64,000 bases of DNA. It comes from an uncultured Gemmatimonadaceae bacterium (GTDB lineage: Bacteria; Gemmatimonadota; Gemmatimonadetes; Longimicrobiales; RSA9). The notes beneath the pieces were generated by a model that was not told the DNA's origin, did not search any database, and saw only the letters and a program-made list of their open reading frames with translations. Below, one piece after another: positions 47,207-57,180 of this stretch. Within the stretch, counting starts at the first letter, position 1. The number at the start of each line of letters is the position of its first letter. The stretch spans positions 8,561 through 72,560 of the forward strand of contig CAYQCY010000004.1 in assembly GCA_964416095.1 (NCBI GenBank), in the 5' to 3' direction. The position numbers and the translations under genes are program-made.

Positions 47207-49492
47207 TCACGCCTCGCCGCCGTCGTCTTCGCCCACGCCGCCCCCATCCCCGGTCAGCAGGGCGTCCAGGGCCGCCAGGCTGCTCACCAGGACCTCCCGG
47301 GGCTTGGACCCCTCCGGCGGTCCCAGCACGCCGGCGTGGTGGAGCTGGTCCACGATGCGCGCCGCCCTGCCGTACCCGACCCGCAGCCGCCTCTGCAGGA
47401 GGGAGGTGGAGCCCTGGTCGTGCTGGACACAGATCTCGGCGGCCTGTTGGAAGAGCTCGTCCCGCTCCTCCAGCACCGCGTCCGCCACGTCGTCCTGTTC
47501 CTCCGCCTCGAGCTCCCGTACCGTTTCGAGGATGTCGGGCTCGTCTTCCGCCGCGGCTTCCTCCGCCTCCGCCATCCGTGCCCGGTACCACTGCACCAGC
47601 CGCTCCGTGTCGTCCGTGGGCACGAAGGCGCCCTGGATCCGCACCGGATCGCTGTGACCCGGCGGCAGGAAGAGCATGTCGCCGTTCCCCAGCAGCGCGT
47701 CCGCCCCGTTCTGGTCGAGGATCGTGCGCGAGTCCACCTTGGACGACACGCGGAAGGCTATGCGGCACGGGAAGTTGGCCTTGATGAGGCCCGTGATGAC
47801 GTTCACGCTCGGCCGCTGGGTCGCCACGATGAGGTGCATCCCGATGGCCCGCGCCTTCTGCGCGAGCTGGGCCAGCGGCCGCTCCACCTCCGACTGGACC
47901 GTCATCATCAGGTCCGCCAGCTCGTCCACGATGAGGATGATCTGGGGAACGGGGCCGTCGGTGTACACCCAGCGGTCCGGATCCCCTTCCGGGCCCTTCG
48001 GCAGCGTCCTACGCAGCGGCTTCCCCTCGGCCAGCCGCTGGTTGAACTCGAGGACGGAGCGGGCGTTGTTCTCCGAGAGCAGCTCGTAGCGCCGCTCCAT
48101 CTCGTATACCGCCCACTTCAGTACCATGGCCGCGTCCTGCGGGTCCGTCACCACTGGATGACGCAGGTGCGGCAGATCCCCGTACATGCTCAGCTCGACC
48201 ATCTTCGGGTCGATCATGAGCATGCGCAGCTCCTCCGGGCTGTGCTGGTAGCAGAGGCTCGTGATGATGGTGTTGATGCACACGGACTTGCCCGAGCCCG
48301 TGGCCCCGGCGATGAGCAGGTGGGGCATCTTGGCCAGGTCCGCCACGTACGGGCGGCCCTGCAGGTCTGCCCCCAGCGCCAGCGGCAGCAGGCCCCTGCT
48401 CCGCTGGAACGCCGGCGACTCCAGGATCTCCCGCAGGTAGACCACCTGGCGGTCCGGGTTCGGGACCTCGATCCCCACCGCACCCTTTCCAGGAATGGGC
48501 GCCACGATGCGCACGCTCGGCGCCTTCAACGCCAGGGCCAGGTCCGAGTCCAGCGCCGCGATCCGGCTGACCTTCACGCCGGGCGCCGGCACGAACTCGT
48601 ACTGGGTCACGACCGGCCCTGTCGTGCGGCCGCCGATCTCGCCCTCGACCCGGAAGGTCCGCAGCGTGTCCGTCAGCACCGAGGCCAGGGCGTCCAGGTG
48701 GCCGTCTCCCGGCCCATCCTCCCCGCGGGGCGCCCTGGTGAGTAGATCCAGCGGAGGCTGGACGTCGCCCGTGGGGATCGCGCGGTCCTCCAGGGTCGGC
48801 GGCGCGGGCGGCTCCGGCGTGTCCTTCGGTTTCTTCGCCTTCTTCGCCTTCTTCGCCTCCTCCGGCTCATCCTCCGGCGGCGCCACGGGCGCGCTTCCCG
48901 GCGGTACCAGCTCCGGCGAAGCCGGCGCCCGGCGCAGCCGGGCCGCGAGCCGGCCGCCGGCGTCGCGGAGCATGCCGGCGGCCCGCGCCGATCCGCGCAC
49001 GGCGAACCGCACCGGGTTCCAGCCCAGCGTTCCGACGAAGAGAGCCACGGCCACGAACAGGACCAGGAGCGTCGCGCCGACCCAGCCGAGCCCGGTCAGC
49101 AGCGGCACGGCCACCACGGTCCCGAGCCAGCCGGCGGCGCCCACCGTCTCGTGGGCGAAGAGCCGTTCGGCCGACAGCACGGCCACCAGGATCGGCAGCA
49201 GCACGCTGAAGGCGGCGATGAGCACGGTCCAGCGCAGCGCGCTCTCCCGGCCCCACCAGTCGAAGGCGGCGGCACCGCCGAGGATCGGGATCACGGGGAC
49301 CAGATACACGCCTGCGCCCAGGAACGCGTAGCCCCAACGCCGGAAGCCGGCGCCCACGACACCCAGGAGGTTCCCGGAGGGGAGCTGTCCCGCTCCCACC
49401 GCATCCGCCGGGACCAGGCTGAGCGCCGTGAACAGGCCCACGGCCAGCAGGGCCAGGCCCAGGAGCTCCCTGCGTTGGGCCTCGGAGAGCAT
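47207..49492 (-). CDS. ftsK: DNA translocase FtsK/SpoIIIE
   Basis: 761 aa: N-terminal TM helices, a Pro/Lys linker, the motor with Walker A GATGSGKS and a C-terminal gamma domain (SLLQRRLRVGYGRAARIVD). Confidence 0.9.
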   Translation of the reverse strand: MLSEAQRRELLGLALLAVGLFTALSLVPADAVGAGQLPSGNLLGVVGAGFRRWGYAFLGAGVYLVPVIPILGGAAAFDWWGRESALRWTVLIAAFSVLLPILVAVLSAERLFAHETVGAAGWLGTVVAVPLLTGLGWVGATLLVLFVAVALFVGTLGWNPVRFAVRGSARAAGMLRDAGGRLAARLRRAPASPELVPPGSAPVAPPEDEPEEAKKAKKAKKPKDTPEPPAPPTLEDRAIPTGDVQPPLDLLTRAPRGEDGPGDGHLDALASVLTDTLRTFRVEGEIGGRTTGPVVTQYEFVPAPGVKVSRIAALDSDLALALKAPSVRIVAPIPGKGAVGIEVPNPDRQVVYLREILESPAFQRSRGLLPLALGADLQGRPYVADLAKMPHLLIAGATGSGKSVCINTIITSLCYQHSPEELRMLMIDPKMVELSMYGDLPHLRHPVVTDPQDAAMVLKWAVYEMERRYELLSENNARSVLEFNQRLAEGKPLRRTLPKGPEGDPDRWVYTDGPVPQIILIVDELADLMMTVQSEVERPLAQLAQKARAIGMHLIVATQRPSVNVITGLIKANFPCRIAFRVSSKVDSRTILDQNGADALLGNGDMLFLPPGHSDPVRIQGAFVPTDDTERLVQWYRARMAEAEEAAAEDEPDILETVRELEAEEQDDVADAVLEERDELFQQAAEICVQHDQGSTSLLQRRLRVGYGRAARIVDQLHHAGVLGPPEGSKPREVLVSSLAALDALLTGDGGGVGEDDGGEA

Positions 49493-50251
49493 TCAGACCT
49501 CCGATACCGTGATCTTGCGGTCGCCGAAGGCGGGGACCGCCTCGTACCAGTCGACCTGCGCGACGAAGTCCAGGTCGTCCTCCAGGCCGATCTCCATGAT
49601 GGCGCGTCCCGCCGCCACCTTGCGGAAAAGCGAGGCGAGCCGGCGCATGTGACGCTTCGACAACACCTCCGCCGCGCGCGCCGCGTCGCTCAGCTCCGGG
49701 TCCGCGCCCGCCTCACCCAGCCGGGCCACCAGCGCGCCCGCGCAGACCGCGTCCTCCATGGCGAACCGGCCCTCCTTCCCCGCGCACACCACGGTGACCT
49801 GCTCCTCCCCGGCCACCGCGTCCGCCACGGCGCCCAGGTTCAGGAAGGCGCCTATGAGCACCCGCCGGCTCCGCTCTCCGTCCGACTCGCCGGACTTGGG
49901 CAGCGGCAGCCCCGCCACCGACAGCAGCGCCGCCGTCCCGTTCGTCGTGGTCATGACCAGGGCCTTGCCGGCGACCCGGTCGTCGGTGAACTCCTGCGGC
50001 GAATTGCCCAGGTCGAACCCCTCGATGGGCAGCCCTTTCCGCTCCCCGCACAGCAGCACGTCCTCCCGGCCGAGGTTCTGGATCAGCCGCGCCGCGTCGT
50101 CCGCCGTCCGCACCGGGAAGACCGAGCGGGCCCCGTTCTCCAGCGCCGTGACCACCGTGCTCGTCGCCCGGATCACGTCCACCACCACGAAGGTGCCGCG
50201 GCCGGAATGACCGACCAGCTCTGCCGGGGTGAAGCAGACGTCCAGAATCAC
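49493..50251 (-). CDS. 2-phosphosulfolactate phosphatase (ComB) family protein
   Basis: Motifs [24 protein letters not shown] and TTTNGT. GTG 50251 forms a GTGA overlap with the accC stop, and the stop abuts the ftsK ATG. Confidence 0.75.
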   Translation of the reverse strand: MILDVCFTPAELVGHSGRGTFVVVDVIRATSTVVTALENGARSVFPVRTADDAARLIQNLGREDVLLCGERKGLPIEGFDLGNSPQEFTDDRVAGKALVMTTTNGTAALLSVAGLPLPKSGESDGERSRRVLIGAFLNLGAVADAVAGEEQVTVVCAGKEGRFAMEDAVCAGALVARLGEAGADPELSDAARAAEVLSKRHMRRLASLFRKVAAGRAIMEIGLEDDLDFVAQVDWYEAVPAFGDRKITVSEV

Positions 50252-51603
50252 GATCCGTGTCGCTCGGCCATCCAGCGCTCCAGGAACCTGGTGTCGAACT
50301 CGCCCTCGACGAACCGCGGGTCGCTCAACAGCTCCAGGAGGAACGGGATGGTGGTCGGTACTCCCTCTATGATGAAGGATTCCAGCGCGAAGCGCATCCG
50401 GGCCAGGGCGATGGCCCGGGTGTCTCCGTGCACGATGAGCTTGCCGATGAGCGAATCGTAGTGGGGCGGCACCCGGTAGCCCTGGTACATGTGCGTGTCC
50501 ACCCGCACACCGGGTCCCCCCGGCGGGTGGAACACCGTGATCTCGCCGGGGCTCGGCCGGAAGTTGTGGGCCGGGTCCTCGGCGTTGATCCGGCACTCGA
50601 TGGCGTGGCCACGGAACGTGGCCGGGTTCGCCGGTAGCGACAGCTTCTCGCCGGCGGCCACCCGGATCATCTCCGTCATCAGGTCCAGGCCGGTGACCAT
50701 TTCCGTCACCGGATGCTCCACCTGGATCCGGGTGTTCATCTCCATGAAGTAGAAGCTGCCGTCCTCGTCCAGGAGGAACTCCACCGTGCCCGCCGAATGG
50801 TAGTCGATGGCCTTCGCGGCCCGCACCGCCGCCTCGCCCATCGCCCGGCGCAGCTTCGGCGTCACCGCCACCGACGGCGCTTCCTCGATGAGCTTCTGGT
50901 GACGTCGCTGGATCGAGCACTCCCGCTCCCCCAGGTGCTCGATCCGGCCGTGCCGGTCCCCGATCACCTGGATCTCCACGTGGCGCGGCCGCACCAGGAA
51001 CTTCTCCAGGTACACCGTGGAGTCCCCGAACGCCGCCTCCGCCTCCGTCCGTGCCGCCTGGTACGACTTGGCGAAGGCCTCCTCGTCCGGGGCCACCCGC
51101 ATCCCCTTCCCGCCCCCGCCCGCCGCCGCCTTGACCAGGACCGGGAAGCTGATCTCCCGCGCCTGCTCCAACGCCTCCTCCACGGTCGCCACGCCGCCGT
51201 TGCTCCCCGGCACGACGGGGACCTTGTGCTCCATCATCGTGCGCCGGGCCACCGCCTTGTCGCCCATCTTCCGGATCTGGTCCGCCGTCGGACCGATGAA
51301 CACGATCTCCGAACGCTCGCAGATCTCCGCGAACTCGGCGTTCTCCGCCAGGAACCCGTACCCCGGGTGAATCGCGTCCGCCCCCGTCACCTCCGCCGCC
51401 GCGATGAGCCGCGGCACGTTCAGGTAGCTGTCCCGCGCGGGCGGCGGTCCGATGCAGACGGCGTCGTCGGCGAACCGGATGTGGAGCGATTCCGCGTCCA
51501 CCTCGCTGTACACCGCCACCGTGCGGATGCCCAGCTCGCGGCAGGCGCGGATCACGCGAAGGGCGATCTCGCCCCGGTTGGCAACCAGGATCTTGTTGAA
51601 CAT
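50248..51603 (-). CDS. accC: acetyl-CoA carboxylase biotin carboxylase subunit
   Basis: 451 aa, [21 protein letters not shown]... with an ATP-grasp fold ([23 protein letters not shown]). Confidence 0.95.
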   Translation of the reverse strand: MFNKILVANRGEIALRVIRACRELGIRTVAVYSEVDAESLHIRFADDAVCIGPPPARDSYLNVPRLIAAAEVTGADAIHPGYGFLAENAEFAEICERSEIVFIGPTADQIRKMGDKAVARRTMMEHKVPVVPGSNGGVATVEEALEQAREISFPVLVKAAAGGGGKGMRVAPDEEAFAKSYQAARTEAEAAFGDSTVYLEKFLVRPRHVEIQVIGDRHGRIEHLGERECSIQRRHQKLIEEAPSVAVTPKLRRAMGEAAVRAAKAIDYHSAGTVEFLLDEDGSFYFMEMNTRIQVEHPVTEMVTGLDLMTEMIRVAAGEKLSLPANPATFRGHAIECRINAEDPAHNFRPSPGEITVFHPPGGPGVRVDTHMYQGYRVPPHYDSLIGKLIVHGDTRAIALARMRFALESFIIEGVPTTIPFLLELLSDPRFVEGEFDTRFLERWMAERHGS

Positions 51604-51637
51604 GAGAACGGAGAAGCGAGGGCCGCCGCGGGCGCGG

Positions 51638-52138
51638 TCAGCCGTTGGGATCGATGCGGAACAGGGGCTGCCCGTACTCCACCGGCTCGGCGTTCTCCAC
51701 CAGGATCTCCTTGATCACGCCGTCCAGCTCCGACTCCAGCTCGTTCATGAGCTTCATCGCTTCCAGGATGCACAGCGTCTGGCCCTTCGAGACCCGGGTG
51801 CCCACCTCCACGTACGGAGGCGCTTCCGGCGCCGGCGCACGGTAGAAGGTGCCCACCATCGGCGACGTCACCTCCGTCAGGCCCGACGACGGCTCCTCCT
51901 GCACCGCCTCCGCCGGCTCCGACGCCGTGACCTCCGTCGCGGGCGCCGGCACCGGGTTCAGGCTCGGGCTCGACGCGTTGCCCGACGCCTGGGCCAACGG
52001 TGCGGCATGGGCCTGCACCGCCTGCAACGGCGTCTTGTTGATGCGGATGCGGGTCCCCGCACGGGTGATCTCCAGCGAGTCGATCCCGCTGTCGTTCACC
52101 GCATCGATCAGGCCCCGCACGAAGTCCAGGTCGATCAT
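51638..52138 (-). CDS. accB: biotin carboxyl carrier protein
   Basis: 166 aa: Pro/Ala linker and the biotinyl-lysine motif [10 protein letters not shown]. Confidence 0.9.
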   Translation of the reverse strand: MIDLDFVRGLIDAVNDSGIDSLEITRAGTRIRINKTPLQAVQAHAAPLAQASGNASSPSLNPVPAPATEVTASEPAEAVQEEPSSGLTEVTSPMVGTFYRAPAPEAPPYVEVGTRVSKGQTLCILEAMKLMNELESELDGVIKEILVENAEPVEYGQPLFRIDPNG

Positions 52139-52145
52139 CTAGCTC

Positions 52146-52616
52146 TCACATGCTCGCGTCGCGTCCGCGCAGCCGGCTCACCAGCCCGCGCAACGCGAGA
52201 AGATAACTGTCCGCCCCGAATCCCGTCACCACCCCCACCGCCATGTCCGCCAGCAGCGACGTCGAGCGGAAGGACTCCCGGGCGTGCACGTTCGAGACGT
52301 GCACCTCCACGAACGGCAGGCCCACGCCCACCAGCGCATCGCGCAACGACACGCTCGTGTGGGTGTAGCCTCCCGCGTTGACCACGAAGCCCGACACCGA
52401 GCCCGCCGCCTCCTGGACGTGGTCCACGAGCTCGCCTTCCACGTTCGACTGGAAGAACGACAGCCCGACACCCAGCTCCTCGCCCAGGGCCGCCAGCCGT
52501 CTCTCCACGTCCTCCAGCGTCACCGAGCCGTACACCTCCGGCTCGCGCTGGCCCAGCAGGTTCAGGTTCGGGCCGTGGACGACGCCGACCCTCAGCGTTT
52601 CAGGCTCTCCAGCCAC
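52146..52616 (-). CDS. aroQ: type II 3-dehydroquinate dehydratase
   Basis: 156 aa with VVHGPNLNLLGQREPEVYG, FQSNVEGELVD and GGYTHTSV. Confidence 0.9.
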   Translation of the reverse strand: MAGEPETLRVGVVHGPNLNLLGQREPEVYGSVTLEDVERRLAALGEELGVGLSFFQSNVEGELVDHVQEAAGSVSGFVVNAGGYTHTSVSLRDALVGVGLPFVEVHVSNVHARESFRSTSLLADMAVGVVTGFGADSYLLALRGLVSRLRGRDASM

Positions 52617-54637
52617 GCCCGAAACATGTCCAGGTCATCGTCGTCGGCTGCATCCGTGGACTCGGCCGCCGGCCCTTCCTCTTCGCCCGCCGACGGGGCC
52701 GCCTCCGGCGGAGCCGCCTCCGACGGGGCCGCCTCCGACCGGCTACCGCCGGGTCGCCAACCGGCGAGCGACCGGAGGTACGCGGCAATGGGCTCACCCG
52801 CCTCGGCGTCCGCCTCGTCCGGCTCCGCCCAAGCGTAGGGGGTCTGCTCACCGCCGCTGGCACCGCCGGCCCCGGTCCACACCGATTCCACGTCCTCCGC
52901 TTCCGGCGCCTCCGGCGGTCCAGGCTCCTCCGAGACCGGGAGCTCGTCCAGGAACGGGAGTGCCTCGTCGGCCTCCTCTTCCGGCACCTCTGTCTCCGGC
53001 TGCGGCACGTCCGCTTCCTCGGCTGCTTCGGCCGTCGCTTCCTCGGCCACCACTTCCTCCGCCCATGGCTCCGCCGGCTCCGGGCCCGTAACCTCGGCCT
53101 CGGCCCACGGCTCCGTCGCCTCGGGCTCGTCCCGCTCGACCTCTTCTTCCGGCTCCACGGCGGACGGCTCCGGCGCGCCTGCCGCCCCTGCCGCCGGCTC
53201 GTCCGAGACGCCCTCGGCTTCCCGCAGCGCCTCCACCGCTTCCAGGCGCTCCCGAAGCCGCTCGTCGGCGGGACGCTGCTTCAGCAGCTCCCTGTACACG
53301 GTCACCGCCCGATCGTACAGGCCCTGGCGCTCGAACACCTGGGCCATGGTCTCCGTGTACACACGGCCGGCGTGGTCCTCCGCCGGAGCCGTCTCCTCCG
53401 GCTCCGGCACGCCCATGCTCGTCGTGGCATACGGCTCCAGCGGCATCGCGTCCGGCTCTGCCTCACCGACCGCCTCTTCCGGGCTCGTCTCTTCCGGCCC
53501 CTCCTCCTCCGGCGCCATCCCCTCCGGCGCTACTTCTTCTTCGCGCGCCATCCCCTCCGGGACGACGTCCTCCTCCGGGGCGACGTCCTCCTCCGGGGCG
53601 ACGTCCTCCCCCGGGGCGACGTCCTCCCCCGGGGCGACATCCTCCCCCGGGGCGACATCCTCCTCCGGGGCGCGCTCCGCCTCCTCGTCGGCCTCCATGG
53701 TCCCACCGCCGGGACCTTCGGCCGTCTCGAGACCGTCCATCCCTCCGACCTCCGGGAGCGGTTCCGCGTCCTCCGGGATACCCTCACCTTCCCGGTGGTC
53801 CTCCATGGTCACGTCGAGGTGCTCGATGGCCGCCTCGTCCACCGCGTCGGACCCCACAATGGTGTCTCCGGCCTCGAAGCCGGCCACGACCTCCGGTTCC
53901 ACCTCTTCCTCGGTGGCCTCTTCCGGCACCAGCCCCGGCTCTTCCTCGTGCTCGCCCGCCGGTTCCGGCGCCGGCTCCACCTCCGGCTCCAGCTCTTCCT
54001 CGATGGTCTCGGCGGGCACCGCGTCCTCTTCGCTCGCGCCGCGCTGGAAGTCTCCCTCACCGAGGGTGAACGCCTCGATCTTCGCCTCACCCTCCACCGC
54101 CGCGCCCTCCGGCGTCTCCTCTTCCGCCTCCGGCTCGGGCACCCACGGCTCCTCCGGCTCGGGCTCTCCGGCCGGCGGCTCCGGAATGCTGACCGGCTCC
54201 ACCCGAGCCTCCGCTTCCGCGACCGGCGCTCCCGTCTCCAGGGCGGTGATGATCTCGTCCAGCTCGTCGTCCTTCGGCTCCAGGTCGGCCAGCCGCCGAT
54301 AGTAGCCCAGGGCTTCGTCCGTGCGGCCGGCCTTCCTGGCCAGATCGGCGAGGCCCCGGAGCGCAACGAGATTGTGGGCGTCCAGCTCCAGAACGCGTTC
54401 GAACGACGATTGTGCTTCGTCGTCCCGCCCCAGGTCCTGCAGCACACGACCCAGGACCACGTGCGCGCTGGCGTAGTCCGCGTGCCTCGCGATCCCATCC
54501 TCCAACACGGCGTGCGCCTGCTCCGGCGCGCCGGACTTCCGGTACGCTTCCGCGAGATGGATGAAAACCCGGCCTTCCGGGTTCTCTTCGTAGAGCGCTT
54601 CCAGCTTCGCGATCTCGTCTTGATGAGCCTCGGCCAT
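52592..54637 (-). CDS. TPR-repeat protein with very long acidic Glu/Pro/Ala-rich region
   Basis: 681 aa: N-terminal TPRs (AHVVLGRVLQDLGRDDEAQSSFERVLELD...), about 450 aa of acidic low complexity including hexapeptide repeats, one internal TPR-like unit, and a C-terminal DLDMFRAWLESLKR. Confidence 0.75.
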   Translation of the reverse strand: MAEAHQDEIAKLEALYEENPEGRVFIHLAEAYRKSGAPEQAHAVLEDGIARHADYASAHVVLGRVLQDLGRDDEAQSSFERVLELDAHNLVALRGLADLARKAGRTDEALGYYRRLADLEPKDDELDEIITALETGAPVAEAEARVEPVSIPEPPAGEPEPEEPWVPEPEAEEETPEGAAVEGEAKIEAFTLGEGDFQRGASEEDAVPAETIEEELEPEVEPAPEPAGEHEEEPGLVPEEATEEEVEPEVVAGFEAGDTIVGSDAVDEAAIEHLDVTMEDHREGEGIPEDAEPLPEVGGMDGLETAEGPGGGTMEADEEAERAPEEDVAPGEDVAPGEDVAPGEDVAPEEDVAPEEDVVPEGMAREEEVAPEGMAPEEEGPEETSPEEAVGEAEPDAMPLEPYATTSMGVPEPEETAPAEDHAGRVYTETMAQVFERQGLYDRAVTVYRELLKQRPADERLRERLEAVEALREAEGVSDEPAAGAAGAPEPSAVEPEEEVERDEPEATEPWAEAEVTGPEPAEPWAEEVVAEEATAEAAEEADVPQPETEVPEEEADEALPFLDELPVSEEPGPPEAPEAEDVESVWTGAGGASGGEQTPYAWAEPDEADAEAGEPIAAYLRSLAGWRPGGSRSEAAPSEAAPPEAAPSAGEEEGPAAESTDAADDDDLDMFRAWLESLKR
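53564..53671. repeat. 6 x 18-bp tandem repeat inside the TPR gene
   Basis: The unit GAC(G/A)TCCTC(C/T)(C/T)CCGGGGC is repeated six times head to tail. It encodes the repeating hexapeptide (A)PGEDV / PEEDV on the minus strand. Confidence 0.85.
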
Positions 54638-54686
54638 ACAGCGGCTCCCGGGAGTGCCTCGGCAAAGGGTAGTCGGTGAGAGGACG

Positions 54687-54716
54687 AAGATAGGATACGT
54701 CGCGCGCGACTGTCAA
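54687..54716 (-). promoter_or_regulatory. candidate sigma70-type promoter of the acidic TPR gene
   Basis: On the minus strand: TTGACA (54716..54711), 18 nt, TATCTT (54692..54687), about 50 nt upstream of ATG 54637. Confidence 0.4.
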
Positions 54717-54719
54717 CGT

Positions 54720-55125
54720 GGGCCGGCGTGGATTTTCCCCATTTTTGCGGTTCCCCGCCGATGCAGCCGGGCAAAATCGGGCCGCCGTCGGGCTCCTGCT
54801 GGCAGCGCGGCGAGGATCCGGCCGATCGCCAGGCCCCGTGGCAGGGCTACCTTCGCGGTCGGGGCAACGCGGAAAAGCGGAAGGAGGCGGCTGCGCGGAA
54901 GCCGCCGTCGCGAAGGGTTGCGCGCCACGCCGCCGTCCGACAAGAGGTTTTGAAGGTCCGGCTGCGACGCGTACGCAAGGGCAGGCCGAGGGCGTCCCGC
55001 GTCTCCGTGCGACGATTCCGCGCGTCCGCGTTGAATTCCCACTTCCCGATCGACGCTGTCGCTTGCACCACATCGGGTTACGGAGAAATCCGGCCATTTT
55101 TTTGGGGAAAGTCCTGGGGCCGAGC
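54720..55125 (+). mobile_element. MITE-like non-coding repeat element, copy B (with flanking direct repeats)
   Basis: Same orientation and ~93% identity to copy A. Terminal inverted repeats are GGATTTTCCCCA (54730..54741) and TGGGGAAAGTCC (55103..55114). Flanking imperfect direct repeats are GGGCCGGC (54720..54727) and GGGCCGAGC (55117..55125). It lies in the divergent intergenic region between the TPR gene and the ppiD-like gene. Confidence 0.65.
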
Positions 55126-55257
55126 CCCGGCGTGTCCCGGCAGCGCGCCTTGAGAGCCCCGCCCGCCACGGTTATCTTTTTCCGTTACGACGGCTGGGCG
55201 GCGTCGTTTCCTTCTCTGGCAACGACCTGATGCGCAGCGGGCAGGAGCGGTAGCCCT

Positions 55258-57078
55258 ATGATGCGGCAGATGCGTGAGAACACGAAGTGGATCATGCTGA
55301 TCACGGCACTGGCCTTCGTGGCTCTCATGGTGTTCGAGTGGGGCATGGACCTGAGCGGCCGGAGCGCCGCCCAGTTCACCGGTGGCGAGATCGGCCGGGT
55401 CAACGGCGACCCCATCATGTACGACGAGTATATCGAGGTGTACCGGCAACTGCACGAGCAGGCGCAGGCGCAGCAGAGTCAGCCGGTCAGCTCCGTCCAG
55501 AACGAGCAACTGGAGGATCAGGCCTTCCAGCAGGTCGTGCAGGACCGCCTGATCCGGCAGGAGCTCCAGCGGCGCGGCATCGCGGTGTCGGACGAGGAGA
55601 TCATGCAGGCGGCACGGTACGCACCTCCGCCCGAGTTCATGTCCGCGGAGGTCTTCCAGACGGATGGGCAGTTCGATCTGGACAAGTACCACCAGTACCT
55701 CGCCACCAACGACCCCCAGCTCCTCAGCCAGCTCGAGGCGTACTACCGGTCGGTGCTGCCCCGGAACAAGCTCTTCCAGCAGGTGGCGGCCGGGGCTTTC
55801 GTCACGGATGACGAGCTCTGGCGCATCTACCGGGAGCGCAGCGAGACGGCCATGGTGACGTACCTGTCCCTGGAGCCGTCCACCCTCGTCGCCGACGACC
55901 AGGTCACCGTCACGGACGACGAGGCCAGGACCTACTTCCGGGCGCACCGGAGCGATTTCCAGCGGTCCGCCAGCGCGCGGGTCCGGTTCGTGGCCATCAA
56001 CCGTCAGCCGACGCCGTCCGACACGGCGGCGTCCCGCGCCAGGGCCGAGGAGGTCCGGCAGCGGATCCTCGACGGTGAGCCCTTCGCCGAAGTGGCCGAG
56101 CAGGAGTCGGCCGATCCGGGCTCGGCTGCCCGGGGCGGCAACCTCGGCATCGTCCAGCGCGGCCAGATGGTCGCGCCCTTCGACGAGGCCGTCTGGTCGC
56201 TGCCGGTGGGCCGCCTCAGCGAGCCGGTCCTGACCCGCTTCGGCTTCCACATCATCGAGGTGCAGAGCCGCGAGGGTGACCAGGCGGAGGTCCGCCACAT
56301 CCTCATCCCGGTAGAACTCACCTACGAGAGCGAGGACGCCCTCTTCTTGGTGGTGGACTCCCTGGAGGTCCTCATCGAGGAGCTGCCGCTGGCGGCGGCG
56401 GCCAACGAGCTGGACCTGGAGGTGCGGGAGGCATCGCTGAGCCCCCAGCTCCCGTTCGTCACGGGCCTCGGCAATGCGCAGCAGGGAATGGATTGGGCAT
56501 TCGAGACGGCGATTCCCGGCGACATCAGCCCCGTCTTCGAGGGGCCGACGCACTACTACGTCATGGAACTCGTGGAGAGCACCCCGGCGCGCCCGCTCAC
56601 CTTCGAAGAGGCCCGGCCCACGGTGCGCGAGGTGATCCGGATGGAGAAGAAGAGGGAGCGGGCCCGTGACGTCGGTCGCGACCTGGTGGACCGCATCCGG
56701 AGCGGCGCCGGCCTGGGCTCGGTGGCGGCACTCCAGGACCTCACGGTCCGGGAGGCCGGCCCCTTCACCCGCATGGACTTCGTGCCGGGGCTCGGCTCGG
56801 CCAATGCCGCCATCGGCACCGCTTTCGGTCTTCCCGTCGGCGCCGTGAGCGGCCTGGTGGAAGCACAGAACGCCTTCTTCATCATCCGGGTGGAGGACCA
56901 CCAGCCCGCCGACCGTGAGGCGTTCGAAGCCGCCCTGCCCGGCCTGCGCCAGCAGCTCATCACGGCGCTCCAGCAGGAGCGCATCAACCGGTTCGTGGCG
57001 GCGCTACGGGAGAACGCGGAGATCGTCGATCGGCGGGACGAGGTGCTCCAGCCCACGACGACCCAGGCCGCGATCTGA
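55258..57078 (+). CDS. PpiD/SurA-family periplasmic chaperone with parvulin PPIase domain
   Basis: 606 aa: N-terminal TM anchor (WIMLITALAFVALMVF), SurA-N-like regions and a parvulin core (GGNLGIVQRGQMVAPFDEAV...GFHIIEV). AGGAG lies upstream of the ATG. Confidence 0.85.
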   Translation: MMRQMRENTKWIMLITALAFVALMVFEWGMDLSGRSAAQFTGGEIGRVNGDPIMYDEYIEVYRQLHEQAQAQQSQPVSSVQNEQLEDQAFQQVVQDRLIRQELQRRGIAVSDEEIMQAARYAPPPEFMSAEVFQTDGQFDLDKYHQYLATNDPQLLSQLEAYYRSVLPRNKLFQQVAAGAFVTDDELWRIYRERSETAMVTYLSLEPSTLVADDQVTVTDDEARTYFRAHRSDFQRSASARVRFVAINRQPTPSDTAASRARAEEVRQRILDGEPFAEVAEQESADPGSAARGGNLGIVQRGQMVAPFDEAVWSLPVGRLSEPVLTRFGFHIIEVQSREGDQAEVRHILIPVELTYESEDALFLVVDSLEVLIEELPLAAAANELDLEVREASLSPQLPFVTGLGNAQQGMDWAFETAIPGDISPVFEGPTHYYVMELVESTPARPLTFEEARPTVREVIRMEKKRERARDVGRDLVDRIRSGAGLGSVAALQDLTVREAGPFTRMDFVPGLGSANAAIGTAFGLPVGAVSGLVEAQNAFFIIRVEDHQPADREAFEAALPGLRQQLITALQQERINRFVAALRENAEIVDRRDEVLQPTTTQAAI

Positions 57079-57101
57079 GCGCTGCCACCGTCCCGACGCA
57101 C

Positions 57102-57127
57102 GAAGCGCCCGGCCGGCCGGGCGCTTC
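57102..57127. terminator. perfect 26-nt GC-rich palindrome between convergent genes (possible bidirectional terminator)
   Basis: GAAGCGCCCGGCCGGCCGGGCGCTTC lies between the ppiD-like stop (57078) and the tatA stop (57181). There is no clear U-tract on either side. Confidence 0.45.
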
Positions 57128-57180
57128 CACGTTCAGACGCCTGAGCCCCCCAGACCACACGGCTGTCCGGGACCCCCGGT

